Shown: positions 62,438-64,000 of the stretch, piece after piece | Layout: each line of letters begins with the position of its first letter | How positions within the stretch are numbered: the stretch's first letter is position 1 | NCBI GenBank assembly: GCA_964187785.1 | Contig: OZ076409.1 | Location: 98,024,001 to 98,088,000, forward strand | Length of the DNA: 64,000 nucleotides | From: Amphiscolops sp. MND2022 | Lineage: Eukaryota | Reading direction: 5' to 3' | Program-made: the position numbers and the translations under genes | The notes under the pieces: generated by a model | Databases searched by the model: none | Seen by the model: only the letters and a program-made list of their open reading frames with translations | Told to the model about the DNA's origin: nothing

Positions 62438-63753
62438 TTTTTAGTCTCAATTCCAGTTTCAATGGGACGATTTTTTGAGACTTTTTTCTGCGAATTGATG
62501 TAGATAACTGATGATCTCTCCCCCAGGAAAAATATTTCAGTATTTGCTGCCAAACCTGCGGTAAACCGTAGTTCAACAGAGATTGAAGCATTAGTGAGTT
62601 CCGGATACAAGTAATCATGCGACGCTTGTTGCGTACTTGTCATGTCGAATACCATGAAATAGTGATCTGTAAATTTGCTGAACGGTATTCCATGTCCATG
62701 ATGACCAAAGGCTAATGCCTCAAGTGAATTTAGGTAAAGTTTCTTGTCGTCATCGGTTTGCAAAGGGGTGCCAGCAACTGGGTATCCATTGCGATAAACA
62801 GTTATTGTTGCGAGATTGAACTTTTGAAAATGAAACGGGTTGAGTGTTTTACCACCCAGAAATGCTCGGTTTGATGTCATTGCAATAGCAAATCTGCGTA
62901 TGGGTTCGCCGTTGAAAATGTTCTCTTGGTTCCAACTGTTGCTGTTTTGCGGCATCAGAAAAGATTTTGGAATTATTTCGGTATAGCGATACATTGCATT
63001 GGTTTTCGTAAGAGCTGCTTTAATCGCTGTGTATACATTCTCAGATACGGTCATTTTGCGCACGTGTAAATTTGCTTGTGTAATTTCAACTTTATAGTCT
63101 TTGGCATCATCGTCGTAAATGACGCAAAACTCTGGTCTTGTTCGAAGAAATGTTAGACGAAGGGTAACTCCACTGAGCAAATGTTTGTCACAGGTAAAGA
63201 AATCAGCGGCGATTTTTCCAATCGAGGTAATTGTATTTGAAGTTCTCGTCTCTTGCTCCCTGCTAGTGAAGGCAGCGGTGGTAAAATCCGAAGGATCTTC
63301 TTCATAGTTGTAACCTTGACATTTCAACCAAGTGTCTTTACTCTCTTTGTTTGTTGAAAACTCAGTTTCCAGGAACGCCTTTGGTGCATAATATCCGTTT
63401 GCAGAGGATATTCTCACCTCATTCGCAACAATATTGCAGTCCGAAAACAGAGAATGCAATGCATTGTTTACAAATATTGGTGAATCAGTGTTTGCAGCAC
63501 TCGTCGCATCATACCGCAAAGCATTACCGTTCCCTCGCTTGATGTTACACTTGACTTCCAGATAAATGTTTTGCAAATCAATAAAATTGGTTCGATCACC
63601 AGTCACCACAAATTCCAAAGTTGGTCCGTTGGGGGCATATAAAGGCCCAATTCGTTGTTCGAATGAGGAATCAAATGTAATCAAGAGTGGCGCTCTTTCG
63701 AAAATGTCTAAAGAGCTATGAGAAGCTTCAACTGGTAGAACGTTAGGCAACAT
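62434..63753 (-). CDS. Polinton major capsid protein (double jelly-roll, hexon-like), intact 439 aa
   Basis: LDIF..., LEFVVTG...FIDL..IYLEV, VNNALHSLFS, Y..KAFLET, NPFHFQKFNL, FDMT and LRF...L motifs typical of Polinton MCP; lies next to the protease. Confidence 0.9.
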   Translation of the reverse strand: MLPNVLPVEASHSSLDIFERAPLLITFDSSFEQRIGPLYAPNGPTLEFVVTGDRTNFIDLQNIYLEVKCNIKRGNGNALRYDATSAANTDSPIFVNNALHSLFSDCNIVANEVRISSANGYYAPKAFLETEFSTNKESKDTWLKCQGYNYEEDPSDFTTAAFTSREQETRTSNTITSIGKIAADFFTCDKHLLSGVTLRLTFLRTRPEFCVIYDDDAKDYKVEITQANLHVRKMTVSENVYTAIKAALTKTNAMYRYTEIIPKSFLMPQNSNSWNQENIFNGEPIRRFAIAMTSNRAFLGGKTLNPFHFQKFNLATITVYRNGYPVAGTPLQTDDDKKLYLNSLEALAFGHHGHGIPFSKFTDHYFMVFDMTSTQQASHDYLYPELTNASISVELRFTAGLAANTEIFFLGERSSVIYINSQKKVSKNRPIETGIETKK

Positions 63754-64000
63754 TTCTCACTTTTGAAAAGAAATTGGACCGACTTCTCGCTGACTTTCTT
63801 TTTCGTTTAATGACTCGTCGTTTTTTGCGACCTCCAATCTGTTTCTTTATTGTTTTTCTAATGGCTGACTTTGCTGCTTGTTTAGGAGATTTCTTTTTGG
63901 AGACAACTTTTACCAATTCAGGAAGAGTGTTTGCTATCAAGTCTTTACCAATTGATTTGACTGCGGGCAGTAGACACTTTTTCGCGAATGGTAATGCAAC
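63743..64000 (-). CDS. pVII-like basic core protein (5' truncated by the window edge)
   Basis: Frame open to the edge: VALPFAKKCLLPAVKSIGKDLIANTLPEL...KKQIGG|RKKRRVIKRKRKSARSRSNFF. Lys/Arg-rich with a GG-type putative protease site; overlaps the MCP start. Confidence 0.7.
   Translation of the reverse strand, partial: VALPFAKKCLLPAVKSIGKDLIANTLPELVKVVSKKKSPKQAAKSAIRKTIKKQIGGRKKRRVIKRKRKSARSRSNFFSKVRNVA

Larger units (their letters stand above)
56167..64000 (-). mobile_element. Endogenous Polinton/Maverick (adintovirus-like) element, truncated by the window edge; left terminus not identified
   Basis: Co-oriented pPolB, adenain-like protease, double-jelly-roll MCP and pVII-like genes with overlapping start/stop codons. 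Integrase, packaging ATPase and penton are expected beyond 64000. Confidence 0.93.

Overview
AT-rich, repeat-dense eukaryotic (animal-like) genomic DNA; most short ORFs in the track are spurious. Left to right: (1) the last two coding exons (5947-5643, 3192-2891, minus) of an unidentified Gly/Ser-rich gene; (2) many non-autonomous DNA transposons (about a dozen copies of a Helentron/DINE-1-like family, plus hAT, piggyBac, Tigger-like and foldback MITEs) and a 1515-bp tandem duplication; (3) an SLC30A9 (ZnT9) gene on the minus strand, rebuilt here as 8 phase-consistent exons from 51174 to 23718. Its 5' exon(s) are not visible. Its last intron is probably GC-AG and holds a ~5.6-kb, ~104-bp satellite, and another intron holds an internally deleted hAT transposon with perfect TIRs and 8-bp TSD; (4) after a 200-N gap, fragments of a CRE-like RLE retrotransposon and a Penelope GIY-YIG domain, an 84-bp tandem array, and an endogenous Polinton/Maverick (adintovirus-like) element running off the right edge (pPolB, adenain-like protease, major capsid protein, pVII-like core protein). 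The most notable observations are in this element. Its pPolB appears to carry a canonical 121-nt spliceosomal intron, three N-terminal C2H2 zinc fingers and an acidic tail with an NLS. A divergently oriented orphan ORF carries paired PP1-docking motifs (SILK + RVxF) and several SH2-type tyrosine motifs, suggesting a viral mimic of host signalling adaptors. All assignments come from manual reading and motif recognition, not database searches.
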